DNA from: the human T2T-CHM13v2.0 reference genome, Homo sapiens
Assembly: GCF_009914755.1 (NCBI RefSeq)
Contig: NC_060931.1
DNA length: 64,000 bases
Reading direction: 5' to 3' (one strand)
The notes under the pieces were generated by a model. The model saw nothing but the letters and a program-made list of their open reading frames with translations, did not search any database and was not told the DNA's origin. Of this stretch, positions 41,291-53,559 are shown in pieces; the first letter of the stretch is position 1, and each line of letters opens with the position of its first letter. Made by a program: the position numbers and the translations under genes.

Positions 41291-42709
41291 TATATTTCTG
41301 GGAAATATGTTAGAAATATCTGAATATTTCTAATTCCTAACATATTCAAATAATTATAAAAATAAATTTTTCTATTATATTTCATTCACTATCATTAAGG
41401 GTTTGGAGTAGAAAGGGCATAACAGAGAATACATCTTTTTGTTCCATGTATCTTTCCCTGAATCTTCCTCTAGTCTTTCTTGTACTGTTAAATTGGTTGC
41501 ATGCAGAACACAAAATCATGTGCATGTATAATTGTATTATTAAGTTCTAAAAATCTTCATAAAATTTGGTTAAGAAATTTTACCATTTCATTGGTGGGCT
41601 AGATATCTTGGGAGGCATACTTTTATATTATACAAAATATATATTTTAGTACATACCTGTACTTAATAGAAAGCAATGAAATTAAAACAACAACAACAAA
41701 AGACAGGAAAGGAAAGAAGACACTGAATTCAGGAGGTGGCATCAGTACAAGTAGCAAGAAGCAGTGCAAAGAAAGCAAGATCAGAAATAAAAGGCAAGGT
41801 TAACCTGGTGGGGAAAGCCTACATCACTGAAATATTAAAGAGACTAAGCCTTTGCTCAAAGGAATATAGGGAAGGGATGATTCAAAGAAGCTAAAATGGC
41901 TCTCAACAGAGCAGATGAAAGTCCTCTCTTTATGAAAGCATTCTTAATTCAAGCCCTCAGAATTTTCAACTCAAATATCAAACTCAATAAAATGAGTTCA
42001 TACAAAAATTAGAAAACACAAGAATCAATATTCTATGAATGAGTGACCAGAAACCACAAAAAGAGATGAAAACATTCAAAGATTTCAGATATGGCATGAC
42101 CAAAAATAATACATAATGTTAAATAAATCATGTGCATACATGTATGTATATGTTTCTGTGTGTTTATAATTCCAAATTTAAAAACTTATATTTTAAACAG
42201 TAAGTTAAACACAGCTGCAGTATCTACTCAGAATAGAGGAGATAGAGACAGGGACTTAAAATATGAAATAAAAGTTAAGTGACCAAGTGACTACAAAGAT
42301 AGAAGAAAAAAAATCACTTTGAAAATTATTAGAGTCCAGAAAAAGAAAATAGACACTGTGAAAAGGAGGCAACAATTGAAATAATATAAAAATGTTCCAG
42401 TATTAATCAAAAACATAAATTGATAATTCCAGATATTATCAGTAATATTAACTATATATAATGGCTAAAAATTCAGAAGCCAAATAAGATATTTATGACA
42501 TTCAATAATCAAAGATCACCTATCAGAGATAATTAGGTTGATAATACAATGCTTAGTATGATATTGAAAATTAGAAGATGGTGCTGAGAAATTCCAATTC
42601 ATCTAAAATTGTGGAATGACCAAAACTATCTTCAGGACAGAAGGTAAAACAAATGATAGCCTCAGGCATACAAAAACAGATTTGTTTCATACATTTGTAA
42701 TAAATTTAG

Positions 42710-43060
<351 letters not shown>

Positions 43061-45495
43061 TATAAATATTTTTAATTGCATAAATTAAGATGTATTCTTT
43101 TTGTTGTACAGGCTTACAGGTTTTGACAAACGCTTAGTGCCTTGTACTCACCATTACAGTATTATAGAGAATAATTTTACTACACTAAAAATCTTTGTGC
43201 TTAGCCTATGCAGTATGCCCCAACACAAGCCCCGTTAACCGCTGATTTGTTGGCCATCTTTAGAATTTGCCTTTTCCAAAACATCATATAATTGGACTTG
43301 TAAAGTATGTCGCTTTGTCAGACTGGCCTTTTTCACATAGCATTATGCATTTAAGATTAGTCATCATTTCGTCTTGGCTTGATAACTCATTGTTTTTCTA
43401 CTTCATCAAGAATAAGTTTTTATTGATAAATAATATTTCATTTTATATGTGCCACAGTTGGTTTATCCATTATCCATTATCAAATACATTAAAGGAAATC
43501 TTGGTTGCTTCAAATATTTAGCAATTATGAATAAAGCTGCTATGGACATTCATGTACGTTATGGGTAATATGTTTTTTTTCTTTTTTAACCAGTTGGGTA
43601 AATACCTATGAGCATGATGACTGGAATGTATGAAAAGACTATGTTATTTTTTTTTAAAGACTGCCAAACTGTCTTTCAAAGAAACCATGTCATTTTGCAT
43701 TCCCACCAGCAGTGAATGAGAATTTCTGTTGCTCTGCATTCTCACCAGCAGTTGATACTGTCAATTTATTCTGGAGTTTAACCATTCTAAATGGTGTGTA
43801 GAGATATCTTACTGTTCTATTAATTTGCAATTCCCTAATGACAAACCATGTTGAAAATCTTTTCATATGCTTATTTGCTATCTGTATATTTTCTATGATG
43901 AGGTGTCTTTTCATTTTTTGTGACAATTTTCAACTGGGTTGTTTATTTATTGTTGAGTATTAAGGGTATTTTGTCTATTTTTGATACAAGTACTTCCTCA
44001 GATATGTGTTTTGCAAATATGTTCTACCAACCTGCGCCTTGTCTTTTCATTCTCTTAATGTGTTTCCCAGAGGAGAAATTTTATGTTTAATAATGTCAAA
44101 CATTATTTCTGTTTTACTTTTAGGGATTGTACTGTCAGTGTTGTACTTAAAAATTCATCACCACAGCCAAGTTCACATAGATTTTCTCCTATGCTTTTTT
44201 CAAAAAGTTATAGTTTTGTATCTTACATTTTGGCCTAAGATCCATTTCGGTTAATATTTCTGTAAGGGGTAAGGTCTCTGTCTATCTTCACTATTTTGCA
44301 TATTGATGTTCCATTATTTCAGCACCATTTCTTGAAATGATTAGCCTTTCTCCATTTAATTTTTATTGCCCTGTTGTCAAATACTATTTGATTGTATATG
44401 TGAATCTATTTTTGAGTTCTCTAATATAGTCTATCAATAACTCCAGCCGTCTCCTCATGCCTTCTCTCTGTACGTTCACCAATACCATACTCTCTTAATT
44501 ATTGCAGACATATAATATTTCTTAAAATTGAGTAGCATCTGCTCTCCACCTTTATTTTTCATCTTCAATACTGTGTTGGCTATTCTAGGTTCTTTGCTTT
44601 TTCATATAGATTTTAGAGTCATTTTCTTAGTGCTGACATTTTGACTGAGATTGCACTGAATCTACACATCAAGCTGGGAAGAATTGACATCTTAACTGTA
44701 ATGAATCTACCAGTACAGAAACACAGAATATCTCCTCATTTATTTGGAGTTTCATTGTTTTTTATATTGGTATTTTGTAGTTTTCCACATATAGATCCTA
44801 ATGGTATTACGTTGTTAATTTCAAATTCTAAGTGTTTATTGCTGATATATAGGAACAAAATTTGATTTTTCAAATTAACTTTGTATCCTGTAATGTTGCA
44901 ATAATTACTTGTTATTTTCAGGTGGTCTTTTTCCATTGATTCTTTGGGATTTTCTACATAGACAATCATATCATCTTTGATTGTCGTCTCTGAACAAAGA
45001 CAGCTTTATTTTTTCCTTTTCTCTTATACCTTTTGATTATTTTACTTGACTTCTCACACTAGCTAGGACTTCGAATACAATGCTGAATAAGAGTGGTGAA
45101 AAAAGACATTCTTGCCTTGTTCTCCATTTTAGGGGAAAGTATCCACTTTTTCAACATTATGGACAATGTTAGTTATAGATTTTTCCACAGATATTACCTA
45201 TCAAGTGCAGGATGTTTTCCTGTATTCTTAGTTTGCTGAGAGTTTTTGTCATGAATGAGTGTTGAACTTTTTTATATGTTCTTTCTGAATCAATTGATAT
45301 GATCTTATCGTTTTTCTTCTCTAGTTTGTTCATGTTGTAGGGTGCACTGATTAATTTTTTAATTGTGGAACCACACCTGAAATAAATTTCATTCACTCAC
45401 TGTTAGTTTCAATTTGCTAATACTTTGCCAAATACTTTTTGTGTCTATGAGAGATACTGGTCTGTCATTTTTGTTTTTGTTTTTTTCTTGTAATG

Positions 45496-45553
45496 TCTTT
45501 CCTTTATAGTCTTGGGTATGTCTTTATTAGCAGCATGAGAATGAACTAATATA
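45496..45553 (+). mobile_element. THE1 LTR 3'-terminal remnant (~58 bp)
   Basis: 'tctttcctttata-gtcttgggtatgtctttattagcagcatgagaatgaactaatata' matches the THE1 3' end. Confidence 0.75.
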
Positions 45554-45603
45554 GTTAATATGGCTAGTATGGCATATATTTTTCCATACCTTTACTCCTT
45601 CTC

Positions 45604-45908
45604 TTTTTTTTTTTTTTTTTTTTTTTGAGACAGAGTCTCGCTCTATTGACCACGCTGGAGTGCAGTGCCGCAATCTCAGCTCATGGCAACCTCCGCCTCC
45701 TGTGTTCAAGTGATTCTCGTGCCTCAGTCTCCTGAGTAGCTGGGATTACAGCCGCACACCACCATGGCTGGCTAATTTTTGTGTTTGTATTAGAGGTAGG
45801 TTTCTCCGTGTTGGCCAGACTGGTATCGACCTCCTGGCCTCAAGTGATCTGCTAGCCTCAGCCTCCCAAAATGCTGGGATTACAGGTGTGAGCCACCATG
45901 CCCAGCCC
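45604..45908 (-). mobile_element. AluS/J
   Basis: Poly(T) followed by a full antisense Alu. TSD atacctttact on both sides. Confidence 0.9.
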
Positions 45909-48189
45909 TATACCTTTACTTCTAACCTAAAGTAACTTCACTTTTAAAGTGAGGTTCTTATAAACAACATATAGTTGCGCATTGTTTTTATTATCCACTC
46001 TGACCATCTTCATTTGTGAATGGCGTTTTTGATTTTTAGCATTTTCTATTGATTCTTACACATTACCCATATGTTTATGAATGTTGTCCACTTTTTTGTT
46101 GTCCCTTAACATTATAAATAGTTATTTTCAATTCCCTTAATGACAATTTTAACATCTGTGTTATATCTGTCTTTTTTATTTTTAAAACGTTCTTAAAATT
46201 GTATATATTTGTGTTGTATACAAAGATATTTAATGTATGTATTACCTCACATACTTCTACCTTTCTTGTGGTAAGAATAATTAAAAATCTACTTTCTTAC
46301 TCACTTTTAAGTATGTAATGTATTGCTTCTAACTTTAGCCACCATGATGTACAATAGATGTGTTGAATTTATTAGTTCTATTTAGCTGGAATTTTGTGAC
46401 TTTTGAATATCTTCCCAGTCACCACACCTCCCAGTTTCTTGTGCCCACCATTACACTCTTTGTTTCTATGAGTTTGATTTTTATAGATTCTACATATAAG
46501 TGAGAAATTGTGGTATTTCTCTTTCTGTTCCTGGCTTGTTTCACTTAAAATAATTTCCACCAAGTTCATCCATGTCATCACAAATGATAGTATTTTCTTT
46601 TAAATTACTACTCACTACTAGCATTCCTTCATGAATACATATCACATTTTCTTCATCTCATCATTTGTTGAGAGGCATTGAAGTTCATTTTATATCTTGG
46701 CTATTGTTGCAATGAACATTGGAGTGCAAATATCTATTTGACATATCATCATACTGTGGATATAAACCCAGGAGTAGGATTCCTAGACTATATGGTAGTT
46801 CTATTTTTTAATTTGGGGGGAATCTCAATACCATTTTCCATAATGATTATGCTAATTTACATTCCCAAGAACAGCGTACAGGGGTTCTCTTTTCTCTATA
46901 TCCTTTTTAATACTTACCTTTTGTCTTTTTGATAATAGCCATCCTAACAGGTGTGAGGTAATATCTCATTGTGATTTTAATTTGCATTTCTCAAATACTT
47001 AGTCATGTCAAATAATTTTCATATACCTGTTGGCTATTAGTATATCTTCTTTTAAGAAATGTCTATTTAGGTCCTTTGTCCTTTTTAAAAATTGGATTAT
47101 TTGTTTTCTTACTAGTAAGTTGATTAAGTTACTTATATATTTTGAATATTAACCACTTGTCAGATTGTGGTTTGCAAATAAATTATCTCATTTTGTAGGT
47201 TGTCCCTTCACTCTGTTGATTGTTTCCTTTACCGTGCAGAAGTTTTTGATGTAACACCATTTGTCTATTTTTGCTTTGGATGCCTGTGCATTCAGAGTCA
47301 CATCTAAAAATCATGCTTAGACCAATGTCATGGAGCTTTTCCCCTATGTTCTTTTCTAGTAATTCTACAGTTTTAGGCCTTTCATTTAAGTCTTTAATCC
47401 ATTTTGAGTTGATTTTTGTATATGACAAAAGATATGGGTTCAATGCCATTGTCCTGCATGGAGATATCCAGTTTTCACAACATCACTTAATTGAGAGGCT
47501 GCTTTTTCCTCACTGTATGTTCTTTGTGCCTTTGCTGAAAATCAGTTGCCCTATAAATCCATGTATTTACTTCTGAGCTCTCTATTCTGATCCATTGATT
47601 GATGTGTCTGTTCTTATGCCAGTATCATGCAAGTTTGGTCATTAGAGCTTTGTAGTAGATTTTGAAATTGGGTAATGTCATGCCTCTGGTTTTGCTTTTT
47701 TTTTTTTTTTTTTGGCTCAATATTGCTTTAGCTATTTGGATGTCGTGGTGTGTATGTGGTGCCATATGAATTTTAGAATTGTTTTATTCTACTTTTATGA
47801 AAAATATCCCTGGTAATTCATTAGGGATTGCACTGAATCTGTAGACAGCTTTGTTGAGTGTGGGCATTTTAGCAATATGAATTTAATGCCTGAACTTAAC
47901 ATATATTCCCATTTATTTGTATCTTCTTCAGTTACTTTCATCATTGTTTTGTAGTGTTTAATGTGCAGAGCTTTCACCTCCTTGGTTAAATTTATTTCCA
48001 AATATTTTATTGTTTCATAGCTATTATAAATGCAATTGCATTCTTGAATTCATTTTTGGATAGTTAATACTTTATAGAAATGCTATTAATTTGTATATGT
48101 TGATTTTATATCCTGACACCTTACTGAATTTATTAGTTCTAATATTTTTGGTGGAGTCTTTAGGGTTTTTGTTATATAGGATATCATCT

Positions 48190-48468
48190 GCCCAGGTGCA
48201 GTGGCTCACACCTATAACCCCAACACTTTGGGAGGCCAAGGCAGGTAGATCACCTGAGGTCAGGAGTCCAAGACCAGCCTGGAAAACATGGGGAAACCCC
48301 TTGTATACTAAAAATACAAAAATTAGAGCGTGGTGGAGCATGCCTGTAATTCCAGCTACTTGGGGAGGCTGAGGCAGGAGAATCACTTGAACTCGGGAGG
48401 CAAAAGTTGCAGCGAGCTAAGATTGCACCACTGCACTCCAGCCTGGGTGACAGAGCTAGACTTTGTCT

Positions 48469-48495
<27 letters not shown>
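48190..48495 (+). mobile_element. AluSx-like
   Basis: Full Alu with 'gatcacctgaggtcaggagt' and an A tail. Degenerate TSD atcat(c/t)t. Confidence 0.9.
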
Positions 48496-48499
<4 letters not shown>

Positions 48500-49243
48500 T
48501 TGAAGAGACAAGTTAACTTCTTCCTTTCTGATTTTGATGTCTATTTTTCTCTTTTTATTGTCTAATTGCTTTAACTCAGGCATCTAATATTATGTTAAAT
48601 GAAAACTGCTGGAGTGGGCATTATCTTGTTTTTGACATTAGGGGAAAAGTTTTTAACTTTTAACTGTTATGTATCATATAAGGTAAGAACTTGTCATGTA
48701 TGGCATTTCTGTACTGAGATACCTTCCTTCCATACCTAATTGGTTGATAGTTTTTATCATGAAAGGATGTTGAATTTTGTCAAATGCCTTTTCTGCATCT
48801 ATTAGGTGATCATGTGGGTCTTTTGTTTTACATTCTGTTAATATGGCATATCACATTTATGTATTTGCTTATGTTGAATCATTTTTGCATCCCAGGGATA
48901 AATCCCACTTGATCACAGTGAATAAGTCTTAAGTTTTTCTTTGATGGGAGACTTCTAATTATTTATTAAATCTCCCTACTTATTATTGATCTATTCTGAT
49001 TTTCCATTTCTTCATTATTCAGTGTTGATAGGTTGTATGTGTCTGGGTATTTATTCATTTCTTTTAGATTATCCAATCTGTTAGTGTACAAGTGCTCCTA
49101 GCACCCTCTTATGATTATTTATATTTCTGTCGTATCAGTTGTAATGTCTCCTTTTTCATTTATAATTTTATGTATTTGAGTCTTCTCTCATTTTTTTTAA
49201 AGTTAGTCTTGCTAAAGGTTGACCAATTTTGTTTATTTTTTTT

Positions 49244-49329
49244 ATGGTCTCGATCTCCTGACCTCGTAATCTGCCCGCCTGGGCCTCCCAAAGTGCTGGG
49301 ATTACAGGCAGGAGCCACCGTGCCCGGCC
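49244..49329 (-). mobile_element. Alu (Y/Sc-type) left-arm 5' fragment, nt 1-86
   Basis: The reverse complement reads ggccgggcacggtggctc...gaggtcaggagatcgagaccat, then A8. Confidence 0.9.
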
Positions 49330-49401
49330 AGGGAGTTAGTGTTTAATGGGTATAGTTTCAAGTGTATGGATACATGGGTAATTGAGGTACTAGTTTTAGA
49401 C

Positions 49402-49524
49402 TGTAGTTGAGTTTCCTACATCTGGGGAAATCACAGGGGTCAGCATATCCGGAGTACAATGGATAAGCTTCACCCTGGGAAAACCACCTTCATGATCATG
49501 GTATCTCCCCTGCCAGGTACATAT
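49402..49524 (-). pseudogene. RNU1: U1 snRNA retropseudogene, 3'-truncated at about nt 123 (lacks Sm site and SL4)
   Basis: The reverse complement atatgtacctggcaggggagataccatgatcatgaaggtggttttcccagggtgaagcttatccattgtactccggatatgctgacccctgtgatttccccagatgtaggaaactcaactaca matches U1 nt 1-123 with about 12 mismatches. The upstream sequence is L1, so no snRNA promoter (PSE) is evident. Confidence 0.95.
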
Positions 49525-52500
49525 GTGTTTGGTTATTTCTTTGATATATTTCTTCTGTTTTCATGCAGGTGTTTATATGTTTCATGTAGGTCTAACTTCA
49601 CTCTTAGAACCACTTTTGCTGCATCCCTTAAGTTTTCATATGTTGTTTTTCTATTTTTGCTTGTCTCAAGATGTTTATAATTTCTCTTTTAATTTTTTTG
49701 ACCCATTTGTTGTTCAGAACCATGTTGTTTAATTTTCACATATTGTGAATTTCCCAGAATTTCTCCTTTTATACCATTTTATTCATATCACTGTGGTCAG
49801 AAAAAAATTCTTCATGTTATTTCAATTCTCTTCAATTTGTTAAGACTTGTTCTGTGCCTGTGCCTAACATGTGATATGATTCTAAACCAGAATGTGTATT
49901 CTGTTCCTATTGGATGGACTGCTTTGTATATGTTTCTTTGGTCCATTTGGTCTAAAGTATAGTTTATAGTTCAAGTTCAATGTTTTGCTATTGATTTTCT
50001 GTCTGGATTATCTGTTCATTGTTGAAAGTGGGATGTTGATGTCCCCTACTATTATTATATTGCAATCTATCTCTTTCTTCAGATTTATTAATATTTGCTT
50101 TATATGTTTAGGTGTTTTGATTGGTGGTGCATATATGTTTATAATTGCTACATCTTCTTGATAAATTGATCCCTTTATCATTATATAATGATCCTTTTTG
50201 TCTTGTTTTACAGATTTTTACTTAAATAAAAGTTAGCTACCCTTGCTGTCTTTTGGCTTTCATTTGAATGGAATATATTTTTTCATTCTTTCACTTTACT
50301 GTATTTGTGTCCTTAAAAAGTAAAATGATTCTCTTATATGCACCACATAATTGATTTTTTAAAAATATCTATTTAGCCACTGTATGTTTCGTGGTTGCAG
50401 AATTTAATCTGTTTATCTTCTAGGTAATATATTGATAGGTAAGGGCTCACTAATGCCATTTTGCTCATTGTATTCTGGTTGTTTTATAGATCCTTTGTCC
50501 TTTTTCTTTCTTGCTATATTCCTTTGTGATTAGATAATATTCTCTAGTCATATGCCCTAGATTTCCTCCTTTTTATCTTTTGTGTATCTACTATAGCTTT
50601 TTTATTTGTGGTTACCATGGTTACCATGAGGCATAATGCAAAACATTTTATATATTATATAGAAGCTATTTTAAGCTGATAACAAACTTAATTTTGATTG
50701 CATAAAATAACTCTACATATCTACTCCACCCACATACATTTTTATAGTTTTTATATCAAAATTTAAATATTTTTATATTGTGTATCCCCTAACAAATTAT
50801 TGCAGCTATTATTTAGTAGTTTTGTCTTTTAACCTTCATACTATAGAAGTAATTTACACACCATCATGATAGTATCAGAGTATTCTTAATATGGTTGTGA
50901 AATTATTTTTACCAGTGAGTTTTATACTTTCATTTTTTTTTGTTACTAATTAGCATCTTTTAATCTCACCTTGATGTACTACTTTTAACATTTTTTGTAA
51001 GACAGATCTGGTGATGATGAACTCACTCAGTTTTTGTTTGCTTGAGAAATCTATCTCTTCTTTATTTCTAAAGGATAGCTTTGCCAGGTATGGTATTCTT
51101 GGTTCACAATTGTTTTCCTTCAGCATTTTGAATATATGATTCCACTTTCTCCTGGTCTATATCTGATAAAAACTCCCCTGCTAAAACTACTGAAACTCCC
51201 TGATATGTGATTTGCTTCCTTTGCTGCTCTCAGTGTCCTCTCTTTGATTTTTGACAGTTTGATTATAATGTCTTGATGTAGATTGTTTGGATTGAATCTG
51301 ATTGGGACATTCAGCCTTTGTATCTGGATTTTTATATCTTTCCCCAAATTTGCAAAGTTTTCTGCTATTATTTATTTGAATAAAATTTCTGCCACTTTTT
51401 CCCCCATTTCTCTTCATAAAGTTTCTATGATTTGGGTTTTCCTTTTTTGATGCTGTTCCATAAATCTCATAAACTTTCTTATTTATTTTGTTTTCTTTTT
51501 TCTTCTTTCTCAGTATATTTACATTACTTCAAGTTCACAGATTCTTCTACTTGATTTGCTGTTAACGTTCTGTATTAACTTTTTTTTCCATTCATTATGT
51601 TTTTAGGCTCTAAAATTTTCTACTTGATTTTTAATAATGTGAAATTATTTAATGATAAAGATAGTCATAGAATCAAATAATTAAATAATTCAAAATATTA
51701 ATCATTTAATTATATTATAATTTTATAATGTAAAAAAAATAATTTTAACTGCTAAATTTCTCATTTCAAATCACTTATCCTTTTTCTGATTTCAATAAAT
51801 TGTTTCTCTGTATTTTCCTGGAGTTTGCTGATCTTCCTTAAAATAATTACTTTATATTCTTTGTCAGGAAGTTTATAGGCTTGTTTGGGATCAGCCTCTA
51901 CGTTTTTGTGGTGGTATTATGTCTTCTTGGTTTTTCATATTTCTTGTTATCTTATATCGATGTATGTGCATTTGATGGAGTAGTCACCATTTGCAGACTT
52001 CATAGGCTAGTTTCAATGTGGAAAGACCTTCCCCTAAATGGGAAGAGAGGCTGGGAGCAGAGTGTGATAGTTAATATTAGGTGTCAATTTGACTGAATTG
52101 GGAGATGCCTATATGGCTGCTAAAGTATTTTTCTGGGTGTGTCTGTATACATGGGTTGCCAGAGGAGATGGACATACAAGTCAATAAAGTGGGAGAAAAA
52201 GGCCCACTATCAGTGTGGGTGGGCACCATACGCAATCGGCTGCCCACACAGCTAGAACAAAGCAGGCAGAAATAGGAATAAGCAGCTTGCTGATTCTCTC
52301 ACTCTCTTTCTCTTCCTGTGCCAGATGCTTGACTCCTCTCCTTGTGTCCTTGAACAGCAGACTTCAGGTTCTTTGGCCTTTGAACTCTGTAATTTGCACC
52401 AGCAGCCTCCCAAATGCTCTTGGGCACTTGGCCTCAGACTGTTATGCTGTCAGCTTCCCTGGTTTTGAGGCTTTCAGACTTGGACTGAGCCATGCTACTG

Positions 52501-52601
52501 GCTTGTTTCTTTCCCAAGCTTTCAGACAGCCTGTTATGGAACTTTGCCTTGTAATCATGTCAGCCATTCTCCCTAATCAGCGCCATTTTATATACATATA
52601 T

Positions 52602-53054
52602 TGTCAGGCCTCTGAGCCCAAGCTAAGCCATCGCATCCCCTGTGACCTGGCATGTATACACCCAATTGGCCTGAAGTAACTGAAGAATCATGAAAGAATT
52701 GAAAATGGCCTGTTCCTGCCTTAACTGATGACATTCCACCACAAAAGAAGTGAAAATGGCCGGTCCTTGCCTTAAGTGATGACATTACCTTGTAAAATTC
52801 CTTTTCCTGGCTCATCCTGGCTGAAAAACCTCCCCCACTGAGCACCCTGTGACCGCCACCCCTGCCAGCCAGAGAACAACCCCTTTGACTGTAATTTTCC
52901 TTTACCTACCCAAATCCTATAAAATGGCCCCACCCCTATCTCCCTGTGCTGACTCTCTTTTCGGACTCAGCCCGCCTGCACCCAGGTGAAATAAACAGCC
53001 TTGTTGCTCACACAAAGCCTGTTTGGTGGTCTCTTCACACAGATGTGCATGAAA
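52602..53054 (+). promoter_or_regulatory. 5' LTR7 (promoter/enhancer)
   Basis: Starts 'tgtcaggcctctgagcccaagctaagcc'. U3 has a tandem repeat (aaaatggcc.gt.c..gccttaa.tgatgacatt x2). TATAAAA at 52918-52924, then aataaa, and the end 'gcatgaaa'. Confidence 0.93.
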
Positions 53055-53056
53055 TT

Positions 53057-53074
53057 TGGTGCCGTGACTCGGAT
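53057..53074 (+). other. primer-binding site complementary to tRNA-His
   Basis: tggtgccgtgactcggat immediately after the 5' LTR. Confidence 0.92.
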
Positions 53075-53197
53075 CGGGGGACCTCCCTTGGGAGATCAAT
53101 CCCCTGTCCTCCTGCTCTTTGCTCCGTGAGAAAGATCCACCTACGACCTCAGGTCCTCAGAGTGACCAGCCCAAGGAACATCTCACCAATATGAAAT

Positions 53198-53206
53198 CCG
53201 GTAAGC
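53198..53206 (+). promoter_or_regulatory. HERV-H major splice donor CCG|GTAAGC
   Basis: A consensus-like 5' splice site about 150 nt downstream of the 5' LTR, the position of the known HERV-H donor. Confidence 0.7.
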
Positions 53207-53559
53207 GGCCTCTTTTTACTCTTTTCCCCAACCTCCCTCACTATCCCTCAAACTCTTTCTCCTTTCAATCTTGGAGCCACGCCTCAATCTCTCCCTTCTC
53301 TTAATTTCAATACCTTTCATTTTCTGGTATAGACAAAGGGGACACATTTTATTCGTGGACCCAAAACTCCGGCACCTGTCATGGACTCAGGAAGGCAGCC
53401 TTCTCTTGGTGTTTAATCATTGAGGGGTGGCAAGTCAATTGCAGGGATGCCTGCTTTGGCCGCTTACCCACCTTGCAGCCCAGGGCTGCTCCCCACCCCC
53501 TTCTCCATGTCTCTACCTTTCTCTTTAAACTTGCCTCCTTCACTATAGGCAACCTTCCA

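Larger units (their letters stand above)
43061..46170 (-). mobile_element. L1MC-like LINE-1, 3' portion (outer host element)
   Basis: L1MC-type 3' UTR ('ggttttgacaaacgc...ccattacagtattatagagaataatttt') followed by antisense ORF2 through to ORF2-start and inter-ORF sequence. Confidence 0.75.
46172..52062 (-). mobile_element. near full-length L1MA (about L1MA7-9); 5' end continues after 58307
   Basis: L1MA-type 3' UTR ('tattacctcacatac...accatgatgtacaatagat'), antisense ORF2 (YTKINSKWIKDLNERPKTVELL) and ORF1 (MGKDIKIQIQ...DIIIKLSKIKE). Confidence 0.82.

Noticed and set aside
49402-49524. Functional variant U1 snRNA gene
   Set aside because: It has no Sm site, SL4 or 3' box, its 5' splice-site pairing region is altered, and the upstream sequence is L1 rather than a PSE/DSE promoter.
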